Source: Tubiluchus corallicola
Lineage: Eukaryota > Animalia > Priapulida
DNA length: 64,000 nucleotides
Direction of reading: 5' to 3'
NCBI GenBank assembly: GCA_030141605.1
Contig: JAQGDQ010000026.1
Coordinates: 124,001 to 188,000 of the forward strand
Each line of letters starts with the position of its first letter. Positions within the stretch are counted from its first letter, which is position 1. The position numbers were made by a program, and so were the translations under genes. The notes beneath the pieces were generated by a model. It was not told the origin of the DNA. It ran no database searches and saw only the letters and a list, made by a program, of their open reading frames with translations. Of the stretch, positions 35,834 through 49,815 are shown piece by piece.

Positions 35834-36459
35834 ATTCAATACCTGGTCAACCTAAAACAATTTGTATAGGTAAGGTAAATAAAGAAGTTCAACGACTTCA
35901 ACCAAATCTATCTTTGGGAGTAGAAGAACTTACGCTGTTAGCTGCGGATTAGAATATTCTAATAAACTTTAATGCCTCAATATCTACAATAGATGGAATG
36001 AGACTTGAAGAAGGACGATGACGATTCGTTTTTGTTTTCACTGTAGTGGTGTCTGACAAACCATTGACTTTAATTTTATTTTAAATTAAAGTCTAAATGT
36101 CTTTGCACTCATTTTTTGTGCTATGCTTCTCCATCTATTTTGCCACAGTGTCTGTTCGCTTGCATGCTGGCAAATTTAGTAGACACTGGTTTTTTGAAAT
36201 GTTTGATAATCACATGTTTGGTAAGATTTTTTCAAAAAACCATTAAAATTCAAATTAATGGTACCATTCTTAGCACATGGTAGAATAGAGAGGAGCTTGG
36301 ATAGTAGAAGATCGAAGAACTAGAAAAAGTCATATTATAAACTTGACGTAGCAGTAGCCTGATATGTTTAAAGGAGTGAAATGTATTCCTCCGTTGTAGT
36401 AGCAGTCATTCAAATTAGCTTCGGTTGTGATACCAAATTTCATATTACTGCTAGTTAAT

Positions 36460-37066
36460 CTCGCGATAATGGGGCATGGAAACAAAATAAAGATTGGAAC
36501 CCTGAATGTGCAAGGACTAAAATCTGATCTTAAAATAGCTTCTAGAAAAGTGTAAATCAAATATCCTAGCTGTGCAGGAAGCACACTTGAAGATCACAGA
36601 AGATACCTACTTGGGGAAAAATTACAATTTCTTTATCAGCAGAGATACTAATAGTTCTTTTCTTGGCATTGGTTTTATGTATGAAAAAAGCCTGAACTGT
36701 ACTTTTGATAGACTAAACTCAAGATTTACAGCTATGAAAACAGAGATGGCTGCTAAAAAGTTTACAATAGTAAACCAGTATGCACCAACATTACCTAATA
36801 GTGAGAAGCATCCTCAAGTCAGAGAAGACTTTTATGATGATCTTGAAAGTTACTTAAATTCTATTATGAAAACCTCCATCTTAATACTCTGTGGTGATTT
36901 TAGTGCAAAAGCAGGTTTCCTGAATCTGTTCCAACAGTTATTGATCAATACGGAAAAGGGCAAGCAAATTCAAATGGACACAGATATCCTAAACAATCTG
37001 GTCATTACTAATACAGTTTTTCAGCACAAATTGGCACATGTAATGAAATGGGAAACCATACATAAA
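36460..37066 (+). mobile_element. LINE APE-endonuclease fragment (RTE-like), degraded
   Basis: Motifs KIGTLNVQGL, LAVQEAH, IVNQYAPT, FYDDLE, LCGDFSAK and NNLVITNTVFQHK. Confidence 0.85.
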
Positions 37067-37255
37067 TAGAGGCTCAAGCTGAGTCAGTTGCTATTACATC
37101 AGCTCAATAATATATATATCAGCAGCTTAATCTAGTTTTTTCATTAAAGCCTGTGAATGTTAAATCAATGTGTATCTTGATAGGTATCGTATCGTGCAGT
37201 TAGTATCGTGATCTGTATCATTTCGTGACTTAGGTGTATCTTTACAGCCCTAAAA
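37067..37255. mobile_element. hAT-like MITE fragments
   Basis: tagaggctcaagctgagtcagttgct matches the end of the element at 52611. TATCGT subrepeats end in cagcccta. Confidence 0.45.
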
Positions 37256-37256
37256 C

Positions 37257-38300
37257 TGACATCTATCCAATAATCGTGAGCTCTGCCACACAGGCCAAGA
37301 TGGAGGGTTTTGCATTTACTGGAATTCAACCCAAGTTGCCACCGGTTGCACCAATTACTTAAGCAGTTAATGTCTTCCTGCGAGCACATCATACTCATCA
37401 TAGTTTATAATTTGACGAAACACTTTCATATCATCAGCAAAAATCTCACAGACAGACGAAATACTAGCGGGTAAATCATTGATGAAGCAAATAAACAATA
37501 TTGGGCCTAGGATGCTGCCCAGCAGTATTCCACTTAGATCAGGCAACCACACTGATACGACTCCATCTATTATAGCTGTCTGTACTCAGCCTTGCAAGAA
37601 ATTGTTTGTCCACGTTAGCAAATTTTTTCAGATTCCTAAACCGTGAAGTTTCTTGCACAAACGAGCATGTGGTACAAAATCAAACGCCTTTGCAAAGTCC
37701 AGATATATAATGTTAACCAAGATATCTTATTCTATGGATGCTGTCCAGTGACTGAGCGCACTTAAGAGGTTGGTTAAGCATTAGCGACCACTCACAAATC
37801 CGTGCTGGTGACAGTAAGATGTTCCATTAATTCATGCCGAAGAGCTTGCTTACCACACTGGTTATGCCAATGGGCCAATAATTACTAATATCAGACTTCG
37901 ATCCTTTCTTGGAAATCGGTGTCATGATTGCTTGCTTCCATGCGTAAGGTACAACACCTGTTACAGTATGTTAGGATTAATAAATAGTAGTTCATCTAGG
38001 ACCCAGTCATCCTGGCAGTCAAACTATGTACAGTAGGAACTATGCAATACGGTTCCGGACCTGGTATCCATAACGTATCTTGGCATTTAAAAACATCAGA
38101 AAAGACCTTATTTAATTAAAAGTTTAGCTTTGCCTGCACTAGAAGTGACAGTATCTTTCCGCTCACCAGCAGTGGCACGTGTCTTGGAGTTTGTCATATG
38201 AATAAAATGCTTTTGGATTTGACTTGACTTCAGGTGCCAACTTTCTTTCAAAATCCCAACATCCTTGCAGTAATTTTGGTTTGATTTCATGCTCGAGCAT
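37257..38300 (-). mobile_element. CR1-type LINE ORF2 (RT) fragment, degraded
   Basis: Motifs VKSNPKAFYSY, YLDFAKAFDFVPHARL, GSILGPILFICFINDLP, FADDMKVF and WCNRWQLGLNSSKCK. Confidence 0.9.
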
Positions 38301-38459
38301 AATCAACAATAAGAAAGTAGACTCGTGTAAACCCTAATAGGGCCTAGCTGAGCTTTTCTTGTATGAAAGCTGTCATTTCATGTTTTAGGGACATTTAATA
38401 ATAGACAATTTGTTATGTAAATAATTTAAAGATTATGGCATTGTTTTATAGTTTTCTTC

Positions 38460-39338
38460 ATGGAGCAACATGAAAAGGATGCAGAATGTTTCGAGACCAG
38501 CCCAAACAATCTTGCAAGCACCACAAGTTCAGCTGACAGTAAAGGCATGAATTTGGAAGGCTGGTTAATGAAAAGAGCAAAGCTGTCAAAAACCTGGAAG
38601 AAGACATGGTTTATTTTAGGCAGAATGGAGCTTATGTATGGAGAACAGGTGTAGCTATAACTTTGTCCTGTAATTACTCACTTTTATTTTAACATTGGTT
38701 TTTAACTTATACATTATGTTTAGTACATAAAATCAGTTGTCTTAAAAATTTGAAATTGAAAGCATTATAGTGTGATTTTGCAAAATAAGGGCATGCCTAA
38801 ATACCACAAATAAGTATTGTGGGAGTGTCAGCGTGTTCTATTAAAAAGCATTCCATTGTATAGCAGTCATTGAAAAACAACACGAGTTACAAGTATCTGT
38901 AACACATAAACACATTTCAAGATTCTGTGTGTGAATGTCTCTGAATAACAGAGCTACATTGAACATAATCATATTATTTAACGTTGTAACAAATTGTGGT
39001 CTAGGTAACTTTTGTAAGATATATAGACTATTAATGAAAGCCACTATTTTAAACCAGCCACTATTTTATTTCAGATTTTAAGATTGAAAATGAATAATTC
39101 TTCTTTCTTTTTTCAGAGCTGTTTGAAAAGCATACCTCTGGAAGGTGCGGAAATATGTGAAGCACATGTTGATGGAAGGCAGAACTGTTTTTCCATAAAA
39201 CCAAGTGGCAAAAAACGAGTTTACTATCTACAAGCAGAAGACAGTGAAGAGTTGCAACAGTGGATGCAATGTATCTGTCTGATGAAATTACAAGACAAAC
39301 AATCAAATACTGAGTCACAAGCCTGCACAATTCAATGA
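38460..39338 (+). CDS. Small single-PH-domain protein with C-terminal CaaX (CTIQ), 136 aa
   Basis: Exons 38460-38648 and 39117-39338 (GT-AG, phase 0). PH signatures: EGWLMKRAKLSKTWKKTWFIL, SIPLEG, CFSI and RVYYLQAEDSEELQQWMQCI. An additional upstream coding exon is not excluded (acceptor at 38451). Confidence 0.85.
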
Positions 39339-40922
39339 TATTGCAAAACATTCCTTTTATAAGACTACCTTCATCTTGATAAGCAAACTTTCATAGATAT
39401 TGTATATTTTTGTTGTGTATTTAGTTAGAACCTTTAAAACATTGTTTTTATAAGTGTTTACACATCGTATTTATTTAGATCTAGATGTTAAAGACAAATT
39501 TTATCTGTTTTTTTTCATGTAACTGTGATTTTTTTCATCTAGTCAGTTTTTTGTACACAGTTATAAACAGTATTTAGTGTCTTAAATCCTAAACAGCTTT
39601 TTATGTATGCTACTTAAAAAAATTATAACTGCATTTATTTCATTTACAGCTAACTCTGTTCAGTTTTACTTTAGAGATGTGGGACCAAAGAAATGTTCGC
39701 AAAATAAATGAAATGTGAGTTAAAGGAATTTTATATAATGTAAACGGTAATGTACCACCATCATAGTATTCAAAATAGTGGTATAAGATAACAGAATATC
39801 ACAATTCATAATTATCAGAATTATTATGCTTAATGACCATCTGTTAGAATTTAATAATTGTCTGTAGGATGATTCTACTGTGTGACAACTTACACCTCGT
39901 CCTCCAAGTATTATTGTTGTAGGAAATATTAATATTAAGACTTCATGTTTGTCAAAAATCTTCAATGTCAATCCACGTAAGTGTAGGTTGTACACTGTAA
40001 CATTGCTTATTAAAATTTTTCATTGTAGGCAATTCCTGTAAATGCATTTTATTATTATTATGCCATGTAACTGTAATTGCTCCTGTTTGATTTTTGCACT
40101 CTCATTGACGGGCCAGTGAAATTACGATTGCCATCATAATTGCATTCCAGTTGAAATTGGTAAATTGATTAAATTTCTTAAATTATCTCTTGGTTATTTA
40201 GTTAGCTTGTATGAACAGAATGTGTATTCGATTTTACTGCTTTGGCTTCTGTAGCCCAATTTACTTTTGCAGCTAGTACTGCCCTTGTGGACTGTTATAG
40301 ACTTTGAGGCATGGAACAAACCAGAATTCAACACGTTCAGTGTTTAAGACGATACCTGAAAGGCTTATGTCATATAATAAATTTTATTGTCACGGAACCA
40401 CCAATCCGCGATATATAACCATGGAATTACACGTCTTGGTAAATATGTGTAATGTTGCACTCACAATAAATATAAATTAAACATAAAAATATGAAAATTT
40501 TACATCAAACAATGGAATTAACACTAAACTTTAAATTCCTTGCTGTTTGTCCATTTCTTGTAAAAACTTGCCGCCAAAGTGAGTTCATTTGACTTAACAT
40601 GCGGAAAGGGAATAATCTAACAAAAATTTGATTAAAAATTTGCGCGATTTCGAACATCCAGTACGAATCTTAGTATCTATATCCCAATTGTACGTAAGGG
40701 GAACACTAGATCATAGATCACGAATAGCAAGTGGGCTTCGGTCACAGTAGTGGTTCGAAAACTTGCTCAAAAACCTTTCAAACTCAATTCGGATTTGAAA
40801 TACTGAAATTCGAAAATCACAAAATTTGAATTTGATTTGTGTCGTGTTTACTCACCACAAAGGTGAGTATTCGATTGTAATTGGCTTTCTGGTAAAGAAT
40901 GTTCAGCTTTGTCACTCCTAGC

Positions 40923-41313
40923 TAGGGGTGAGCATCGAACGCTCGAATTCGATTCGAACGAGTTTTTTCAGTTCGAACTCGATTCGAATCCAAAACTATA
41001 CATTCGAATAATTCAGCACTTCAATCACATATGTTCTTTATCACTAAAACGATTGAAACATCATGCAATTAGCATAATTTAGCTGTGATTTCTGCACACA
41101 ATTTTAAAGAAATTACCAGTCGTTTTATTGCAGAACAAATTCTACTGATATGCATGATCTTTGTAAGACTAACTTTTAATGGTGGTTCGAAAACTTGTTC
41201 GAAAATCTTTCAATCTCAATTCGAATTCGAAACACTGAAGTTTGGTTCGAATTCGAAAGTCACAAATTCGGTTCGATTCGAATTCGCTTTCTGGTAGAGA
41301 ATGCTCACCCCTA
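40923..41313. mobile_element. hAT-superfamily MITE
   Basis: 13-bp TIR TAGGGGTGAGCAT, perfect 8-bp TSD CTCCTAGC (40915-40922 and 41314-41321) and TTCGAA subterminal repeats. An older related fragment lies at about 40750-40905. Confidence 0.92.
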
Positions 41314-41380
41314 CTCCTAGCTCTCCTTACTTTTTTCCACAAGTGACATTAAGCAGCTATCAACCTAAGTTATGTGGACA

Positions 41381-41738
41381 GTGTGTAAGTAACAAACTTC
41401 TGACTACTGAAATTCTTTTCATCGTCATGCAAGTGTACAACTTATGCATGTATGTGCAATTGTGCATGCAAACATATTTTTTTAATTATCTCATTAACAT
41501 GTTAGTGGCAATTATTCTACAGAGAGCATAGTAGATGAAAAGCCCCAATAATATCTGGATGGTGTGTAAGTAACAAACTTCTGACTACTGAGATTCTTTT
41601 CATTGCCATTCAAGTGTACAACTTGTAGATGTATGTGTAATTGTGCATGCAAACAAATTTTTATAATTATCTCACTAAGATGTTAGTGGCAATTGTTTTA
41701 AAGAGAGCATAGTAGATGAAAAGCCCCAATAATATCTG
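41381..41738. repeat. Tandem duplication of an approximately 181-bp unit (2 diverged copies)
   Basis: gtgtgtaagtaacaaacttctgactactga...gaaaagccccaataatatctg occurs at 41381-41557 and 41562-41738. Confidence 0.95.
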
Positions 41739-42839
41739 TTTTGATGTATTCACTTACTATTGATATCTTTATTGTCTACTCTACATTCTACATTAATGTG
41801 CTTTTCTACTCATCCGTGAATACCAGTAATGGTTGTGTTATGTTTGATATCTTTGACTGGATAGACCATAGATTCAACTGACCCGTTCTTTTTGTTGCAA
41901 ATTATTCTGCTTGTTTACGTCCCAAGTTCACTGCACACACACACACAGCAATAACTGACGAAGTGAAAATTCGAAGGACAACAGAACATAGAGGGAAAAT
42001 CCAATTAAAACGCGGCATTTACCTAGAATGTTGACGCTTTAGAACAATAGCTGCACATCTTAATTGGTAGGCCACATTTAATTTGTTAACAAAACTTTAC
42101 CTATCACTAAAACTAGACCAAATTTAGGCTTGTCTTCTGTTGTTCTACCTACCGATTGACATTACTTATAATGCGTATCACCAATTAATTAGAAATGCAG
42201 AAATGAGAATTACAAACTATTGAGAGTCGAAGAACTATTTGTCTCAAAAGTTATATTATAACTACTGGAGATTTACTACTACTACTACTAGTATTAGAGT
42301 ATCACAGTAGGGTGAAGTATGTTACTGTAGAAAACTCTCAAGTTGGCTGTATAGATTGACTTGTAGAAACTGAGCCACGTGTAGAAAACTTTATAGCTGA
42401 ATTTGTATAGAGCTTGAAATAGATACTTTGTGACTGAATTATGTGACTGATTCACACTGGTGGTTAAAGCAAGAGAATAGAAAACTACATTGAACTGTGG
42501 AAGATTTTATTTGCTATTTATGCTATTTACATGAAAGGAAAACACAGGGTGGCAACTCAACAGCAATAATGAGAAACAAAAACCCTGGCTGGCTTTGGCA
42601 GAGCTACCCCAGTCACATGCACCTGCCGAGCTTACCTGATTGGCTAGTAAAACTCACTAGCAATCTTCACTACCATATATGAAAAGCCCAGCAGGCACAG
42701 GTTACTGAGCAGCACAAACCAAGGCCACAACGTGGATTAAACTTGGATGAAGTTACTATAATCAACAATTTTAAATGTAGGTGGCAACACCTGTTTAATT
42801 ATTGGTAGTATAGTACTTTTTAGTAAAAATTACAAATGA

Positions 42840-43880
42840 AAATATGCGGCAGTCGTAGAAAGTGAAGAAAAGTCTGTTAATGAAATTATAGAATGGAAAT
42901 CAAATATTGTCAAAGTTAAAGCAAATTACCAAAACAAGTTTAAACGAGATGTTAAATACTCATTTATGTGGAAACAGTCAAGACACTACAGAACACTTAT
43001 TGACGTGTGGTTGCATAGTAACGTTGTAATTGTGTGCTTGCAAACCAAAACTATCTACAAATTGGCATAGTCAAAACTGTGTTATGATGCTTCAAAGCAG
43101 AATGCATCAAAAACTGGGTCAATTATCATTTTTTCCAAAATAAATGCTAAATATATTAGACTTTTATGTTCTAGCATCAAAACATCAGGAAATTGTTTAA
43201 AAAATACTAAAAATTTAATTTTATAACTTCTTACCGACTTCCCTGCCTAAAAACTAATGTTGCGTTTGTCAAAACTCGTATTTTCAAACTCCGATAGTAG
43301 TTCTTGGACGCAATCATTTTGCTTACAGTTTTTTCTGTTACCAAGTTCAGATCTTCCTTTAGAATAACCATCTGTTGAATTTAAATGTAACTTCAGTGTG
43401 CTCTGTCAAAGTCCATAACAACCATCTGTTCTTACGGTTACCAAGTGTTTTTGTAGAAGTGCGGCAAAAACAATGGCAAACTTTAACGGCGATTTTCTCA
43501 AGGTTATGTTTTTCAATGTGCGGCCTGCACCTTAACTTCAGCGTGGATTATCTCAGATTAGAAACAATGTAGAGCCCTGAACTTATTATCAAAATGATCA
43601 TGAAATAGAGACTCAGAATATGTGAATAACTAAAAAAAAGCTTAACTGCTGACTTCCGGACATTTCTGCTGTGCAAGCATGCAATTGATGATTGGTATGA
43701 TGAAAATGCGGATAAATTAAAAGTGCCTGCCAGAAGGGAGCGGCTGACTGATGTGAAACTGCTGGAGAGTTACCACAGACTTATTGTGTCCAAATAATTA
43801 AAAAAAGTACAGAAATCTCTTAAGCAAATTCAGTGATTGAAGAGAATCTCAGACAGTACAGAATGTCAAAGGAAGTAGAC
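42840..43880 (+). mobile_element. Possible highly decayed hAT (ZNF862-like) transposase C-terminal relic
   Basis: Scattered fragments IIEWKS..FMWKQ, LFLRLPS and AIDDWYDENADKLKVPARR resemble the hAT dimerisation region. Many stops; weak evidence. Confidence 0.3.
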
Positions 43881-46800
43881 AACGACTAGAATAGTTGTTT
43901 GCTCCAAATGTACCTGTACTGAAATTCATTAATGTTCTGTGAGCTGTCTGCATTAAAGCACTTTCATAAATTTATAGTATGCGTGATTTTTTCCAATTAA
44001 GAGTGAGCTGCAATAGCTGCATAAAATACCCTACCTATAAACCCTTCTTAACTACCCGTAGGGGCTTTAATGCAATTCATATCACCAAGAACCATTTACA
44101 CTGTACTTGTGAAATATTCTCGATGCATGTTAAAACTTCTTAATGTGCAACGGAAAGCGCAGTGGAAGAGAAACAATAGTTTTTCACGAAAACCGCATCA
44201 TTGTTTAAAAAATACCAGGAGTTTCTGAATTTCAGTTAATTTTCTTCAAAATGCAGCGACTCCTCCTTGCAATCAGCATGTACATACAATACATATTTTC
44301 AGCATCCACTACGCATGATACTAGTTCACTTCTGTTGAAGACAGATGCTGCTGTTGGAAACACTAGAAACAGTCGCAGTTGATGGTATTAAGTAGCAGAA
44401 AATGATTTGGACAAGATTATAAATACTTTTTGATACTTTTCTGCTTAATTTTGTATAAGTAAATAGAAAAGCAGTGTTGAGTGATTTTGTAAAAAAGAGC
44501 ATTACACTGTGATACCCACACAAGTCTATAAGTAAATGATGCTTTTGAAGTAATGTCGATACAAAAACGATAAAAATAAAATCCTTGTACTGATCTGGCA
44601 GAGTAGCATAATGCAATTGATTGTAGAGAATGGAGTTTTGCATACAGCTAAAAATATTTGCTTTGAAATTCATGCCCTCTTTTTCTAAATTAACACTAAT
44701 CAATTTTTTGCTCTCTCTGAATCTCTTTTATTTGGCTTAGCTATCAGACCCAGATTTAAGCGTAAGCCAAAATTAAATTCGTATGTCTACTGCAGTCTGC
44801 TGTTGCCGTACTTAGTTGTTGCATTAAATTCTCTTCTCACACTTTTACTAATGTTATTGATAAACTAGGGTAGATCTGCAAAGTATATTTTGCCTTAACA
44901 TATTTTTCATAAGTAATAATTCGGTATGGATATTGTACTTCTCCCAGATTTTGCAATGTTCTTTGTTTCTCTTGTTTACAAAATTTACTTTTGAAAGCCT
45001 AATATAAGGTAGCCAAACCAGAAAAGAATCAGCTGGAATTTTTGAAGTGCTTAAATAAAAACTGTTGCTAGCTCATATAACTACTAGTAGTATTTTGCAT
45101 GTTTTTCAACCACTGTCTTATTTATGTTAATAATTCTACACAACGATATTTATAAATAATTTACAACTAATTTTGGTTTTGGTAGAACTAATTAAATAAT
45201 ATCATAATATCCTTTTAGAAGCATGTTCACTACAATGGAAGTGTTGTGACGTACAAATCTGTCATTAAAAAATATCAAGGACACATTTATTCATATGCAG
45301 TGACTTTATTTGATGATTTTAGAAGGTAGAAAGGCATGCTGATACTCATTTTAAAAACTTCAGTAATTTCGATATGAATGTCAGTCTATTGTCTCTGTAA
45401 TAATTTGCCTCTCTATGTAAGCTGCATAAGTTTTTATACGTCTGAAATAAAATAATGATCCATTAAACTGAGTAAAAAACGCCCACCAATTGCCTCTTCA
45501 TATTTGTTTAAACTAAGTCTTACCTTTGTGAAAGGTGATTGTCAGCAGTCACAACAGCAACAATTCCAGTGAATTTTCATCACTCTAACGGTAACCAATG
45601 GTTTAGTCTCTGTGCTGCAATACAATGCATCAGTGATTTAGGGGTCAGAGGGTTATCTTACATGTACTGTGTGTTGTTATGCATATTTATAAATATAAAA
45701 GATGATTAATTGATTTTTGTTAGTTCAGTTTTCAGCATTTCAGTTTAGGTGTTTACAAGGCCTATTCTATTATTGTTATCATAATGCTGTGTACAAATAC
45801 CTAGAGGCACTAGTTACATGATTTAGCCTAAAGTTCTTAAATATCAATTGGACGTTTTGCAACTCATTTGAAATGCAGTTTAAGTTTTAAGTGTGTAGGC
45901 AGAAGTATGATGTTCTTAGGAAAACCAGACCCAGTCTCAAAACAATCTACCCGTAAATATTGAAAGGAAACGTATTATTTTTTCCAGAATGACTTATTTG
46001 AAAGAATTATCACAGAATGGTAATTTGTGCGCACTACTAGTTCTCTGCTGCTATATGCCTTTCGTCATTTGTTAGTTAGATGGTCAATAGCGCCTGCATC
46101 TCAGAAACATATGGCACAAAAAACTTGTGCTTGTACCTCTCAGTTCAAATGTGTTCAGTTGTGATGTAGTGCGCACAGTCGAAAGCTCATGCGGTAAACT
46201 TAAATTTGAATTTTAAACTTGAGGGTTTTGTGTATATAACAATAACACTGCACTTTAATTTTCACTTTGGCAAACATGTGTAACATACTTTTAGAATGTT
46301 TGTGCTGCTAAAAATCATGTTCACTAGTTGAGCTCGCCATCGTTAATTAAGTTTTTAACTTATTCTTCAATTATCAGAAATGGTTTGGCATTATTTTAGA
46401 TGTTAAAATGTATACTTTCTACCGTACGTCAAAATGGGGTAGAATATAAAAAATCATCCTGTTTTCTTTTCAACCGGAATTGTTAGTTGCAGTTTCAGAA
46501 AGTAAAAAGATCATTGTCCTTGCTTTTGAGCAAATTACAAAAAAATAGAAAAGCATTTTGATATCCTTAGTTATTAATCTTTTATTAGTTCAGAACCAAG
46601 CTACAAAGTTATGCAGTACTGTGACAGATTAGTAGATGGATAGGTGACTGCCAGGAAAACTGCTACTGCATTGTTCGATGTACCATATTACTATTTCTCC
46701 TGGTAAGAGAGGATGCATACACATCCACATGTGGTTAAAACACCACTGCTGGCTTGGTTATCTCATCCCAGAAGATAGTTTTTATAGTGAAAGCAGTTTC

Positions 46801-49329
46801 AGTTCTGCTGCAACATTAATCTCAGTATGTCCTTTGTATTAAATATATGCATGCAGAATATGTACAAGCAATGACTGCGATTTGGCTAATATAGTATATA
46901 TTATAATCAATAAGCTGTACTGCTAAATGATTTTGGACCACAGTAATTATTACTGATTTTAAACCATTTGTTAAAACTGATGTTAAACACAGGTTGCACA
47001 AAATAAAATGTTTTGTGTCCACGATGCTGTTTATGAGCTAAGTCTTCAGAAGTTTCATATTTTTATGTACATCTAATGTAAATGAAGTTTTTCAACTAAT
47101 ATAAGTGCCATTGCGAGTCCAAGTTTTTTACGATACAAGATCGTATATGAAAGGATGCCCGTATGTTCTGTAAGACTTAGCTTTTTGAGATGAGATACAT
47201 TTACCTTTTTATTGTAGTTATTACGTATTGTGGTCATACATATTATGTCAAGTGAACGAGGTTTGAACGAGCCTCACATTCTTATCTTATTTTTAATGCA
47301 TCATTTCTAGTAGGTTTGTCTTTTGTCAAAAGTAGGTTTTCACTTTGTAGCTGGGACAGTACGGTGTTGTGAGGGGGTTTCCTAAGAGTCAAAGATGTTT
47401 GGTTCTAGATTTCTTTACAGTTCCATTCTTTCAGTTTGATTTGACTTGAAATTGTATGTGGAATGAATTGTAAATTTAGGGCTAGATCCACATCCCTGAA
47501 AGCTAGATCCACATTCCTGTAAAGCACACCAGGTTAGGTTGTAGAGCTTCTAAATTTTACTGAGACTGATGACAGTAGTAAAATCTTATTGCAATGGTTT
47601 AGGCAAAAAAGTAATCTGCCACCCCGTTCAAGAAAATGTCAGCTGGCAAGTTTTTGGCAAGTAAATTAGGATCCAAAATATTTAGATTAAACCACAAACG
47701 TATGCTAGTTGGCTAGCAGTTGTCAACATAAAATGTTATATAAATAAATTACTAGTACTAGTCTCGTATTTCACAAAAATTCAAGTTGCTTTATTCATTT
47801 GGATTGTTAGGAGCTTTATTCAATTGATCGTTAACTTCTAGATTCTAAAAGATGTAATATAATATTTTCAAGATAATCATTATTAGTAAACTTTGAATAT
47901 TTTTTGTGTTGCATCGTATTGCAGTTAAGCAATATTTGAATTAGCTACCTTGAAAGATGACAAATTATGACATAATTTTAGCTACAGATAAATTCACTGT
48001 TTGTGAGATAGATTACCCGTTTATCATATAATTTCGCTTCATTCATAATGATCATGTAATTTTGATCATCTACATAATTATAATTTAGACTTTCTTTTGA
48101 GCCTTTTATAGGGCATATTACTCAGACTGCCTGGCACAAACTGACCCTTGAGTGTGACAGGGTGGCGGATGCAGCATTTCTTATTAGTTTCTATCATAAC
48201 TTCCTGGAATCAATACTGCAGTTCTGCTATCATAACATGTTTAAAGAAAAGCGTTAGATATTTTTATCACGATTACACTGCAGCTACCAGCTCCTGGCTA
48301 TGCTTCTGCCTATTGGCAATCAGCCATTTAATTTTCTTGCACTATATTTGACTTCACCGAGCTTGTTAAATGCAGTTGCGCCCAGTAGGTCAGGCTTGCA
48401 GGCGGACCAGCTACTTACCCACAGCACTTTATGCTGTGTTTAACACTCTGACAGACTACCACATTCCAGCGCTCGATATGTCATGTTTGGAAGCAAATAA
48501 TTGATGGAGAAATTATGATTGGCACTACGCGTTTCTTTAACTTGATACAAGACAATGAACATGTTCAAGGCTAGTGTTATGAAAGATGTTTGTTCAATTC
48601 AACAAGTTGCTGTGTTGATGTTCTGCTTGCATATACTTTCCTATGTTCTTTGTGAAGAACATAAGTTTATTTATCGATACTTGGTGTGAATCTCCATTTG
48701 TCAAGTGAACTGCATTTTGCTATTTCTATGAAATGGAACAAGACTTTGATGATTACACATTTCCTTGGACTTCGTTAGGTACCCGCTTAATTATATGTAT
48801 TTGCTTGACCTGATTTTCTGATTGGGCTTTCAGTTAGCGCACTGTATGTCATTCACTTTTGTACTGACTGCTATTTTTTCTGCAGAGGATGCTGAAAAAT
48901 TATCATTCGCGTGAAGCAACAGCTAGGCGGCTATTTTATTGAGCTGCTTTTATAAATTTGATTAGCTTTATAATTAGCAAGATAACAGGCTAAGCAATTT
49001 GATAATGTTTTTGTGACTGTAGTTGTACCTACAGCAACTGGCAAGTAATTTTTTTCACTGTCTCTCATTTTCAAGCTGCAAATATGTAACACTATAATAA
49101 TATTATGAAATACATGCCAACTACTTTAGAAATCAGTTTCAAACAGCATTAGTTACTGGTCGTGAAACACAGTATAACTCTTATAGTAAGCCTCTATTGG
49201 ATTTGTATTTTTACCTTGCGTTCCTTCGCTGTTTATATAAACAATTAAGTGACCAAAGAGGGGTTACAATTGTGCTGTTAATTGCACCTTGTTCACTTCC
49301 ATGTTATACAGTATAGCAAGAAATATAGT

Positions 49330-49815
49330 ATAAATCCTTACTTCCAAAAGGTGTAGAGTGCTAGCATAGAAAAAATGCTTTCAACGCACTCCTCTCAGTG
49401 CTCGTTTAAACAACTCAACATTGGGGGGATTATCAATATTACTGCCTAGATTGTTCCACTTTCGTATACCCGGTTGAAGAAAAAGTGCTTCTTTATATTT
49501 GTACGTGAATATCTGACATGTAGTTTTCATTCATGACCACGTAACTCTCTATGAGAATTTCAAAGAAATCATTCGGATCCAAAACCGTGGTCTCATTTAA
49601 TATTTTTCAATATTTTAAACATGTTGACAAGATCATTTGTGTCACGTCTCTCCTCCGAGGTAGACATATTGTTAAGATCCAGATCGCTAACAAGATGTAG
49701 ACATCTTCGTTGAACCTTTTCCAACTTTCCTTTAAAGATAATTACTGCGGAGCCCAAACAACGACTGCATACTGCAGCAGGGGTCTGATTAGAGCCTTAT
49801 AAATAGGTACAATAG
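49330..49815 (-). mobile_element. CR1-type LINE 3' fragment
   Basis: Motifs YKALIRPLLQYAVVVWAP, KLEKVQRRCL and LRGH..KL..RTNIKKHFFFNRV. Confidence 0.85.

Noticed and set aside
47480-47525. 21-bp direct duplication (gctagatccacat...)
   Set aside because: A two-unit slippage product with no further structure.
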